64,000 nt of DNA from the human T2T-CHM13v2.0 reference genome, Homo sapiens. The position numbers and the translations under genes are program-made. The stretch is taken from NCBI RefSeq assembly GCF_009914755.1, contig NC_060946.1. One strand, written 5' to 3'. Shown here piece by piece: positions 1 through 11,400 of the stretch. A model generated the notes under the pieces. That model had not been told where the DNA came from. It did not search any database and worked only from the letters and a program-made list of their open reading frames with translations. The first letter of the stretch is position 1. Every line of letters starts with the position of its first letter.

Positions 1-220
1 TGTATCTGCAACACTGTCGCAGCCTCCTTCATTCAGCCAACATTCTCGAGCGGCCCCTACCTGGGCCAGGCCACGGTATGAACGCTCCTCAGCTCTCAAG
101 GCTTCCGTGCCTCGATACAGCTACGTGAAGCAGGAGTAGCTCAATCCATTTCACAGAGGTGGAAATTGAGGCTCTGGAGTTTGGAGGAGCACTCCAAGGC
201 CCAGTACTGCCTGACCACCA

Positions 221-678
221 TGGGGCAGGGCAGACGAGCCCCAGACTTGGAGCCTACCCTAAGAAGTTTCTCGGCTTTGCTCAGGAAAGAATTCAAGTGT
301 GAGCTGGTGGTGGAAGAAACAGCTTTACAGAGGTGATAGTGTTACAGCTCTGTGATTGCCCCTGCAGAGCAGGGCTACCCCACGGGCAGTGTGCTGACAG
401 CAGCAGCTCAGGAGGAGTTCTGCAGTCATGTTTATACCCACTTTTCATCACATGCAAATTAAGGGGCAGGTTATTTAGAAATTTCTAGAAAAGGAGCTGT
501 AACTTCCAGGTCATTGCCATGGAAAGGGGCAGTAACTTCCGGGTATTGCTATAGACAAAGGTAAAACTCATGGTGCTGGTGGTGGGCATGACTTCTGGAG
601 AGAGGTGCTTTCAGGGCCTCTTCCTGTTTTAGCCACTCTTCAATCTGGTCTAGAGTTGAGTCTCCGTCTCCCACCTCA
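221..678 (-). mobile_element. Solo ERV1 LTR (MER66/LTR73-like), 458 bp, 4-bp TSD ACCA
   Basis: TG...CA termini with ACCA at 217-220 and 679-682. Octamer ATGCAAAT (452-459), minus-strand TATAAA (431-436) and duplicated GGAAGTTAC motifs match the recalled consensus. Confidence 0.85.
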
Positions 679-3149
679 ACCACACTCCCTGGTGGTCAGT
701 CCAGCCCTAAGTTCATAGTCTGGCCTGGGGTGTCTCATCATGGATTTATGGGTGTAGAGGCAGCCAGGCCTGGGATGGGGACATGAGCTCCTGGAGTCAG
801 GGAGAGTGGGCAGCCAGCCCTTGCCTGCGTTAATCAGCATTTGTTGGGCCTCAGTTCCCTGGTCCATACACGGAGGGTAAAAGTAAGTACCTTTTCCTCA
901 TTGGAGTACAACAGAACTCAAACGGCCTCATGCCTACCTCATGGCTCTCTTGTGAGGTGGCACTGGAAGCTCTGTGTGTGAGCACAGTGCGGACACACAG
1001 TGGGTGACTCGTCCCTCAGTGAAGTCCTCCAGTTAAGAGCCGTGGACCACGTACCTCTGTACACCCCACGCCACCCCTGCTTAGCAACCTCCATCCGGCT
1101 GGCACAGGGACAGCTCAGGGTGAGACTGAGGGGAGTCGATGATCAGCTGTCAACAGGGAGTCAGTGGGGAGACTTCCACTCTCAGGTCCTAAAGTCAGAA
1201 AGCTCCTTAGACCGAAAGCAGCTGGGAAAGCAGGGGCCAAAGACAGGAAATGGGAGCTGCAGAAACTGAAATATCAGACACAAAACAGGAGGCAAGAGCA
1301 GCTCTGGCCATGAGGCAACAAAGCAGAACAAAGAAGAGGCTCGTACAAGGCAGAACAAAAATGGAGATGAAGAACCAAGATGGCCCAGAAGCCTCACTGC
1401 AGTGGGCAGAGTGAAGCGCGGCGCTCCCCTCTAGTGCTATGTGATGGGTGGACTGTGCCCTCTGGAATGGGGTTTACAGCAGGGACTGAGCCACTCGAGG
1501 CTCCACTGTCTCCTAGGGTTACTTCCCGCCTTTAACCCTCACCTGAACCATGTCAAAGGACCGTTATAAACAGCTAAGGGACAGCCACATCCCGGCAGCT
1601 CCCCAGAGACAGAGGTGCTGTCTCCTTTAGGCTTTCCCACCACAGGTGCCAGCCAGGGCTGGTGCCTCACATGGCATGTAGAAGAAGACTTGTGAGTTGA
1701 CCCTCAGAGCAAGAAACTAGGAAAAGCAATGGGGCCATGAGATGCTGCTGAGCAGCAGTAAAGAGAAAAATATGCTTTTTACTTAGCTGGAAAGGGCAAA
1801 AGGAAGACACTCCAAATGTAAAGTGACTTTCTGAGCCCCCCTCCTCCCTACCCCCTTATCCTGCCCTCCATGAGTTGCCAGTTCCATCCCACCTTCCTCC
1901 CACCCCCAGGAGAAGTTCCTGCCAGCCCCACTCAACTCCTGGGCCCAAGTGACGCCATCTCCCCTTCCACCTCCCCAGTCCCCGCAGGGTCGTTCCCTCC
2001 TCTGTGAGCAGCCTTCCAAGCCCACCCTGCTCCTGCCCAGACACAAAACAGCAAAACCACTTCCTCTCCCTTTTCCTCCATGTATAGCCTTTTCCTCCAA
2101 ACAGTGGGCCCATCCCACACCATCTGACTTCTACCCCCAGGCCCCATTAACTCAGAGCCCAGGCCTATCCCTAGTATTTCCTAGGCCTGGGCGTGAGTAC
2201 AAAGGGAAGCCCAAATCCTGTGTGTCTAAATACTGAAAAGTTCTCCATTCAGCTAACAAACTGTTAGGATATCCTCCTGCCTTGACAAATGTACCTTCAC
2301 GATGACCTCTAACAGGTTTGAATTTCAAATTCCTGGCCTCCCTAAATGTGGTGGCCTGTGGAAAGTCAAGCCCCATTCTCCGGCCCATAGGACACCCTCT
2401 TCTCGCCCACAGCACTATCTCACAACTTAAAGGGTCTCACAGGCATGCATAGAGACTGCCACCCCACGCATTCAAGCCCTGCCTACACCTCCCACACGCA
2501 GCTACTCCTTGGTCATCTCTCATGCCTAGGAGTGCCCACATGGGTGGCACGGTCCACCCTGGGAAGGACAGGCCTTGGAAACATGTCCGGGGCCAACTGG
2601 ACAGTCAATCCTGGCATCCCAGGTGCTTGGAGCATGGTCAAGTGGAAAGTGTCTGGGAATGCCCGTGGGCCCTGCAGACTCATCAGCCCGTGGGGAAGAG
2701 CAGGGGGCTAGGAGAGGGTCAGAGCAGACCCTTCTCACATACATGCCCTGTGGCAGGGACCCCCTTAATCCTGGTGCCACCTGCCTCCTCCTCCCCCCGT
2801 CTCTGGGTTATAATCTAAATAACTGCCAGACGTAACCTCTTCTTCCCTGATCATGCTTCCTATGACCACAGGAAGGCTCTCCCTGTTTCCAACCCTTATT
2901 TTGGGGGGCTCATTCTTCCCATCTTTAAAGGAAAGATTTGGAGCAGACATCTCAGCAGGAACCAGAATTTTAGCAACAAGACACGAGATGCAGGGGTTGA
3001 CAGGGCCGGCACAGGCCCCAGGATTATTGTACAGGTGGCATCTCTCGACACTCCACTGGCCTAAGGTTGGGACGTTGGGCCATGCCCGATCTGGGACTCG
3101 GGTCTTTGGGCCCTGACCTCCAGGGGAACAGGCAAAGTTTGGGAGTAAA

Positions 3150-3290
3150 GTGGGTTAGAGCTCCTTCCAGCTCTTCTGGGTATGCTGTGCTTGCTTGGGC
3201 CAATTACTGTCTCTGAGTCTTTCCCCCAAAGTGTAGAGCAGGGGTAAAGCCCCTACTTCATGGAGCTGCCGAGGAAATAAACACACCCTG
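3150..3290. mobile_element. Degenerate MIR
   Basis: Diverged ctgtg..ttgggc.a.ttac..tctctgag core. Confidence 0.5.
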
Positions 3291-4879
3291 GTCCACACAC
3301 CAGATGTGAGGCATCAGCCCAACCCTGCCAAACCCTCTTAAAGCTGCAGGACAGATGTTTGGGCTCTACAGATCAGATGCTCTTCTGAGAGCCTTGGAAG
3401 GAAGCAGTGAGGCAGAGAGATGCTTCTACCGCCATCGTCCCTGCCCTAGAATGAGAGTCCACAGCCCATTGCCAGCACCCAAGGGGTACCCCTGCAGCTG
3501 CTGTGATCCTGGCAACAGCAGCCCAGGGCCCCCCGAGGTACCGATTCATTCCCTCAGCAGCCCCATGAAGCAGAAACAGGTGGCAGCTCCCTTGGTGGGT
3601 CAGTCCTGCGTAGTTATTTTAAAAGTCAGTTTGAAAAGGCTACCCCTGAGTCTGGTCTGCAGCCCTCCTGACAATTCCATCCACCACTTGGTTTCCTCTT
3701 GTGAATTTTTTTTTCCTGCTTAAATTAGTTACAGAGAATTCTGTTCTCTGCAATAGAAACCGGACTGAAGTCTATAAATTCACAGCCATGGTGCTTAACA
3801 TATGGGGATTGAGCCATACAATTTGTTTGAAAAGTAAGTGAGAAGAGAGAGGGGCAGATGAGTGAGTTTTCTCCCCCTAGACCATTGCAGATTCTGGGAG
3901 TTATCTAAATCAGGGGAGGCGAGAGTTGCTGGAGGAGTTTCACCCCCCTGGGAACTCCTTCACACGTGACCTTGCTTAGTTTGGCAAGGACGGGGAGGAC
4001 GGAAGATGCGCGGTCTGAGATGCAGGTGAGGGCAGTTTTAGAGGAGGCCAACAGAGAGAGGGGGATTTGGGGTGGGGACTGGGTAAGAATGGGTGTCGTG
4101 GGCTTGGCGCTGACAGCAGGCTGGGGCCCTAGGCCTAGGGAAGGAGAAGGGGCTGCCAGCATATGCTGGAGAGGCAGCCCGGGCCTCAACTGGAGGTTGG
4201 GACCTAGGAGTCTAGCCGTGAAACCCTCCAGGCAGGAGTGGTGGGGAAAGCAGAAAAGCCCTAGCTTCCTGACATGTCCCCACATGCCTGAGGGAGGGGG
4301 CAATGGCTGAGCTCCCAGAACGGCAGGGCCGAGAGCAGCCTGGACAACAAGGAGCAGAGGGTGACCCACAGGTGCAGGGTTGGGAAGACAGTGACAGCGG
4401 GAGGCCAGAACCGTCACCTCCAATGCACACCTAGCATCAGGTCTCCTTCCTTGCAGACAAAGGGCCTTGGGAAGGAGGCTCATGGGGCCAACCAGTTCCC
4501 CATGTGGGAGTCCTCAGATGCAGAGACCAGGAAGCTGCAGATGGGACCTGCAATCCAGGGGAATTGGGGTAAAGTGAGACCAAGAGCAGAACTCAGAATT
4601 GGATTCCCCAGCCCCACAGTCTGGGAAGAATGTGAAGAAAACACCTGAGCCAGCAGGGATCACCTAAGCCTCCCTTGGCCAAGGACTAGACAGTAAAGGC
4701 TTTCCTGGAAAAAGGGGCTTGCAGACCCTAACCTCACAACACCAATAGGATGGAAGCCTCGGGGAGGCCAGGGTGGTGGCGGCAGCAAGGGAGGATTGCC
4801 TGGGATTCAGGGCCAGGCACAGGGCCACGGGGCAGCCTCAGGGATGAGGGGCTCCGGAAGAAGCACAAGGGCTGCCAGG

Positions 4880-5640
4880 AAAGAGCCGGGGGTGCAGAGC
4901 AAGAGAGAGACTGGCCTGGCCACAGCCCCACTGGGACAGCTGCACTGGGCCTGTGTGAGGGCACTCAGAGGGGACAGGGGCCAGCTGGGGCCCAGGCAGG
5001 AAAACAGTGAGGGGCCAAGCCCTGGGTCATCCCAGAGGGTCCCCACAGTTCAGCCAACTCCCATGGAGGCAGGAAGGGAGCAGGAAACCCCATGGGCCAC
5101 CAGAGCCAGCAGGACACAGCTCCTGTAGACACAGGCCAGGGATGAGTGCCACGCTGTGACACCAGTCACAGGGAATAGCTTAGGACAAGGGAGTTCATTT
5201 AAAGCAAGCCATAACAATCCAGGCCAAATCCAGGGGCCTTCCTGGAAGAGGGGTTGGTAGCAGTTGGAGAACAGGAGTCTGAGAAAAGGGCAGGTGGGCT
5301 CTGCCTCTGGGAAGCAAGGAGGCTGGGGCTGGGCGGTGGGCCCCAGGCTGCCCCCGAACAAAGGCTTGGGCAGTTCAGCCTGAGGTCACTGGATGCTGAC
5401 CTGAGTGCCTCAGCCTGACCAGAGAGACAAGGTACCTCCTAAATCTGAGAAGGAGCAGGAATGCTTCCGGGCTGTGACAAAAATGAACAGCAGATGGTGG
5501 GAGGGCACCAGAGGAGCAGGTGGGGCAGGGGTCCAGGACAGGCTGCCCAGGCTGAGCCCAGAGGAGAGAACCAGTGGGTCCCACAGTGACCCTGGACCCA
5601 CCAATGACAGGAGCAGGAGGAGGCCAGCCTCTGAGACACT
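4880..5640 (+). repeat. Local direct duplication, copy 1 (weaker similarity extends to ~4600)
   Basis: Aligns by eye with 7285-8045, with shared blocks such as GCTGACCTGAGTGCCTCAGCCTGACCAGAGAGACAAGG and GGTGGGCTCTGCCTCTGGGAAGCAAGGAGGCTGGGGCT. Confidence 0.92.
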
Positions 5641-7284
5641 GGGCCTGGGGCTGAGTGCCTGGAACCCTGCCTTCAGAGACTAAATAAAGGAGACCCTGAG
5701 AACCAGTGAGATCCAGTGATCCCCAAACCCTGCAGCCACAAGGGCTCATTTTAGGCTCACCTCTGGAAAACATTTATAGTTGTTGAGGCAGGGGGAGCTT
5801 GAGGGAGGGGAATATTCAGCTAAACAACTAAACAGAAAAGGAAGTTCCTGGCCCAGCAGCTACAAGGGTCACCAGAGTCACCTTGGAACTGTCAACTCCT
5901 TCAAACCAAGCCCCAGCAGAGCCCAGGGAACTGTGCTGAGGACACCTAGCTTCCCTGGAGCCCTGCTGCGGGGAAGAACATCAAAGAAGCTAGAGAAGGA
6001 AGCCTGCCCGGGCTGGAGAGGGCCGGTGGTCGGTGAAGTTTGAGTTACAGATATCTTGGAAAAAAAGAAGGAAGGAAAAGGAGGAAGAACTTATATACCA
6101 GCAGTTTAGCCCTTGGGCGAGGCTTGAGAAGTGCACCCCACTTAGAGGGCATGACACAGAACGTGCCAAAGTGGGGTGCCCCTGGCAACTATGGTCCTGT
6201 TTGCAGCACCCCGGTCCTTGTCCCACCTGAAATATCCAGTTCCTGGGGCCCAGCCAGCAGAGAAGCCTGAACCCAACATTACCCACGAGGTACAGCCACA
6301 CTTAGAGACATTCGTCCAACAGATGGAGGAACACCCCTTCACCCCAGAAAAAATAACACGTTTATGCCATGAAAGTTCACCTTTTTGTCATCTATATTTT
6401 GTGTCACGATATCTGAGCACGAGCACGTGTAGCGTTTCAGGTATTTGCGAATGTCCTTGAGCACTTACGAATAAACTGATTATTTGCAAGTAAGGCATTA
6501 ATTCAGAATTGGGGTTTTCTTTTAAGTAATGGCTCACATGTTAAGATGCAAGCACCGGTGAAAATGTGTGGGCTCACGGCGTTTGCTCGGTTTTCAAATA
6601 ATTGAAGTGTGCAGAAAGGGAAGCAGATACGCGACACTTATGAAGCGGGGAGTAGCTAAGGACATTTCCCTAATTGCATTTGTAAACAGGACCAAAATTA
6701 GCCCAAAGCCCCAAAACATGCATGTTAAATGTGCTCTGTTTAGAAACAGAATCACTTCTGAGTTGAAATGAAAAGGCAAGGGTGTTTGCATTTGTAACAT
6801 TAGGGAATAAAAGTGACTTTCTAAGCCTAAGAACTGTTGCCGGATCTCCACCCACCGGAGCAAAGCCATCCCGGAGGACACTTCCACACTCCCAGGGGCC
6901 ACAGGGCTCCCCCAGCCCAAGGCCGGCAGAGGCAGCTGAGGGGAAGGGCCTGGACTTGGACTCTCGAGGTTCGTTGACCCCTTTGATCACCTCTTAAGTT
7001 TCCTGAGGAGTAGAATGAGTCCTTCAACAGAAACAGCTCCTGCTGATGAAGAAAACAGGGACCCAGTGCGACAGGCAGGCAGCTGAGCAGGGGCTCCTGG
7101 AGCCCAGGGTTGGGTCCGGGGACCATAGGGCAGCCCCAGCTGAGGGGCCTGAGGGGACAGAGCCTGTCAGGGCCCAGGCCCTACCTCTCTGCGCCTCCCA
7201 CAAATGTGTCCCACCGTCCTCCTCCTCCTCCCTTGGTGCAGGCTCACAGTGAAACCTCCCTCACGAAGGAGGCCTGGGACTGGC

Positions 7285-8045
7285 AGGAAGCAGAGCAAAG
7301 GAGGGACCCTGGCTGGCTGTGGCCCCCTTGGGACGGCTGCACTGAGCCTGTGTGAGGGCACGTGGAAGGGACAGGCGTCCAGCTGGGGCTCAGGCAGTAG
7401 AAGGTGAGCGGCCCCAGGCCCTGGGCCATCCCAGAGGGTCCCCAGAGTACAACCAACTCTTAATGGAGGCAGGCAGGGGGGCAGGAAAGCCCTGCGGGCC
7501 ACCAGAGCCACTAGGACACAGCTCCTGAAGACCTAGGGCTGGGCTGAAGGCCACAGGGTGATATCAGGGAATAGCTCAGACCCACAGAGTCCAGAATACC
7601 CCATAGCAATCCAGGCTGAATACAGGCTTTCGTGGAGGAGAGTTTCGTAGCAATTGGAGAACAAGAGTCTGGGAAAATGGTAGGTGGGCTCTGCCTCTGG
7701 GAAGCAAGGAGGCTGGGGCTAGCAGGTAGGCCCCAGACTGGCCCCGAGCAGAGGCTTGGGCGGTTCAGCCTGCAGTCCACTGGACGCTGACCTGAGTGCC
7801 TCAGCCTGACCAGAGAGACAAGGCATCTCCTAAATCTGAGAAGCAGCAGAAGCCCCGAAGGACCAGAGAGGATCGCTTCCCAGCCATGAAGAACCGCAGC
7901 AGATGGCGGGAGGGCACCAGAGGAGGGGTGGGCCAGGGGCCCAGGACAGGCTGCCCAGGCCAGGCGTGGAGGAGGCCCAGTGGGTCCCACAGAGACACTG
8001 GACCCACCATAGACAGGGGCAGCAAGAGGCTGACCTCAGAGACCG
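7285..8045 (+). repeat. Local direct duplication, copy 2 (weaker similarity extends to ~6900)
   Basis: Same blocks offset by ~2390-2410 bp; roughly 75-80% identity by eye. Confidence 0.92.
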
Positions 8046-8472
8046 TGGTCACTGATGGGGGGCTTTTCTCCCGGGAAGCAGCTGAAGTCTAGTAATGCCC
8101 CCACATGGCCCTGCCTCTCTGACAGGGCTCTGAATCCCGGGTGTGGGAGGCCAGGGCAGCAGAAAATCGAGTGACAGCACACAACAGAGGGATGTCTAGG
8201 CTTTTGGGAAGGGAGGTCATCAGGCCCCCAACCCATCAGACGGCGCAGTGTCTGGGTGCACACTGACCCTGGAATTGAGTTTCCTGCTGGCCCCCTCTCC
8301 CTCTCTCTGGCAGACCGCCTTCTTTTTTCCTTGACCACAGGCAGTGACCCCCACCCTGTCCACTAAGCCTTAGCCCCATGACTGGGGCTCCCAGTGGGAA
8401 GGGAAATGGGGAAAAGGGCACCGAGCGTCATGGCAGTGCAATGTGGGAGGAATACAGCATAGACCATGGCCC

Positions 8473-11400
8473 CGTAGCTTTAAATAAGAAATTTATTGCA
8501 AATATAGAAATTGATTCTCTCCATACAGGAATCTCCGAGTTGAGGAAAACAATTTCGTGCCATTCAGTTTTAAAACAGGAAATTGAGGGAAGGGAGAGGC
8601 AGATACAGGGAAGAGAAAATAAAGTTAACCCCCACCCCCAAAAGAAGAAAAGGAGAGGGTTCAAGGCCCTCAGAGGAAGGAAAGTTTCGTAACACAGCAA
8701 GGGTTCACAGGTTCAGAGCCCAGGGCCCGAGCCCAGCTCTGCAGGACCCAAACCAGGTGCCCAACCACAGCCAACTTGGGGACTGGCGGCTCCTGAGGAA
8801 GGGAGGGAGGGAGGGAAGTGTGGCCGCCACTGCAGGAACTCCAAGCCCCTGTCCCAGCCCTGTGCTGGAGTGTGGAGTGGCAGAGGGGCAGAGGAAGGAG
8901 GAGCAGGCCCAGACCATCCTGCCCGTCCTACAGGACCCCCTTCCTCTCCCTCCTGCTCAGCAGGACTGCCTGACCTTTAGTGAGGCCTGAAGCCGCCTCT
9001 GGAGGCAAGCAGTATGGACCCTGGTTTTGTCTTAGAAGGGGGACCCAGGGTCAGGGAAGGAGTGTGTCAGGATGGAATCTGAGCATGAGAGTTAGAGGAG
9101 GTCCCCTCTCCTGGGGCTCAGCCACCTCTGGAGCAGCCACCTTGTCAGACAGGAGAGGTGGCAATGGGGCCAGCCAGGCAAGGCTGCCCTAACCTTCACA
9201 CTGGCTTCCACGGGCAAAGTAAGCCCCTCAGGGCTGAGCTTCCCCAGGCTCCCCGACGGCTTGCCCCGCCCATCCACACTCATGGAAAGGGGGCTCTGCT
9301 GGGCCAGGAATGGGCAGGGGCAGGGTAGTAGGGGACAGAGGCGGTGCTTGGGGGACAGGCAGCCACTGTAACCCCACTCCCTCTAGTCTCGTCTTCACAC
9401 CCACCCACCCACCCACCCTTCTGGCTCCTCTTGTCATTCACAGCTTGGCTCCCTGTCCCCCCATCCCACACAGGATGCTCCCTGACCAGCCTTGCCCCTC
9501 CCCCATCACCCTATTTTAATTTTCTGCAAGGCGCCAGTCACTAGGGAGCATTGTGTCTTATCCCTTCCCTGCACTTAGGCCCCTTATAAGCTAGGACCTG
9601 TCACTGGTGTCCTTAATTCCTGATGCCATCCCGGCCTCAGCACTGTCACAACCGAGTTTGTCAGCTCTAGGTCTCCTTTCCTCTCCTTTCCGTCTCTGCA
9701 CTTCTGTTCACCCCGCTGTTACATTTCCAGGAGGGAGTGGGGCAGGCGACCAACTTCCAGTTGAGAACATGGGTGACTCTCGGCCAGCCTGATACTCCCC
9801 ACTGCTGCTGCCCCAGCTGCCTCCCGGGGACGATCCAGGCCTGGCCTTCCCAAGCAGGTCTCTTTACTCCCACCCTCCTCGCTCCCCTGACAGCCCTTTT
9901 CCCAGACCTACCCAGACACGGGCTCCCCAGCCTGGACACAGGCTGCTCCCACAGGCCTCCTGCACTGCCTCAGGAGGGGAGCCCAGGTGAGGGATTCTTT
10001 GGTGGGCAGAGAGAGACTCTTCCTGCCGCGGGGAAAAGCAAGGCCGGGACCCGTGACGAGGTTTCCCCACCAACCAGGCTTTCTTGCCTTCATGCCAGAC
10101 CTCTGTGTTTTGCTACTGGAAGGCCATAAGCTCCAACAGAGGGTTAGCTGCACCTGCTGTGCCCTCCCAGGAAGGAGCAGACCCATTGTGCTACTTCCCA
10201 GAAACAGCTTCAGAGGAGATTCTCCAACAGAGGCAGGCAAGCCCAGGTGTGACCTTGTTCCGGCCCAAGGCAGGAGGCCTCCCCGCAGAGGTCCAGGGCG
10301 TGGCACCCACACATCCCTCGCTCCACCGGGCCTCCATCTCCCCTCCCTCCCTGTGGCCCCCCCTGCCCTCTTTTCCTGGTGTCTGCCCTGCTGGCCTGCC
10401 CCAGACCACAGCCCAGCTCCACCATGCTCATCATCATCACAAACCCAGACCTTGGATGGCAACATTTTGTGAATACTTCCCTCCCGCCTGGGAAAAACTC
10501 ATCCTGAGCAGGACGTGGGACACAGATGCAGGCCAGCCTCCAGGTGGGCTCTCCCCAAGCTGAGCAGTTGGGGCTCTGGCCTGGCTGGGAGGCCAGAGAC
10601 CCGAGTCTTAGACCCCGCTCTGCCTCACAAAGAACCACATGAACTGGGTCTTCAAGGCCAGTTCCCCTCCTGGATCATCAGAGTCCTGCTCTTTGGAAGG
10701 GCCCCTGTCCCTGCAGTCAGAGAGTCTGAGGTTTCCTAAATATCTTCACGCAGAAAGGATGGGGAAATGGCAAGCGCAGGCCCCTAACTCCTGCTGCTGG
10801 GAACCCTCCCTGGGGCCCAGCCCAGGCGTGCTCCTTCTTCCCACGGGTTCCTTTCTCAAAGCCCCCACCCTCTCCCTGAAGCCCCCCACGAAGCCCCAAG
10901 CTCCTGGCCTCCTACACTCAGCAGTGTGACTGATCCTCCACCCCAGCTGGCCAGCCAATTCACCAGGCCCGTCTGGGAGCCCTGACTTCCTCATCTACAA
11001 AACGGGAACAAGCGGGACGGACAGACAGTCCCTTCCACCGGGACAAGAGCCCTTGAGGAGGCTTCCCTGGGGCTGCCCTCCCTGGCATGGAGGAGGGGAA
11101 GGAACTGGGGACAAGGGAGGTGGCAGTGGAGAGAGGGAGGGAGGAAGGGAGGTGGCACATGGGCCCAGTGCTCAGAAACACAGGAGGTGGGTGTGGGGCA
11201 GGGCTGTGTCTTGGTGGCACCTGTTTTGGGTCTGTTTTTGCAGAGCTGACCCCTCCCTGGGTTTCAAGAGCTGCTCGTCAGATTACAACAGACAGAATGT
11301 GGGAAAGCAGGGCATCAGAGAGGGGGCGGGGGAGTCTGGACAAACTGGCACATACACGACAGATGTTTGCTCAGAAAAATACAGTAAAATCGTCATGCAA

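Larger units (their letters stand above)
1186..6830 (+). pseudogene. Putative decayed protein-coding gene (unitary-pseudogene-like), product unknown
   Basis: One frame is stop-poor over 1835-3061 and 4292-6040. There are exon-like AG/GT sites, MIRs only in the inferred introns, and an AT-rich 3'UTR-like tail with AATAAA at 6470 and 6806. Confidence 0.5.

Noticed and set aside
4880-8045. Direct repeats as the two LTRs of a provirus
   Set aside because: No TG..CA termini, TSD, PBS/PPT or gag/pol similarity seen, and the boundaries fade gradually
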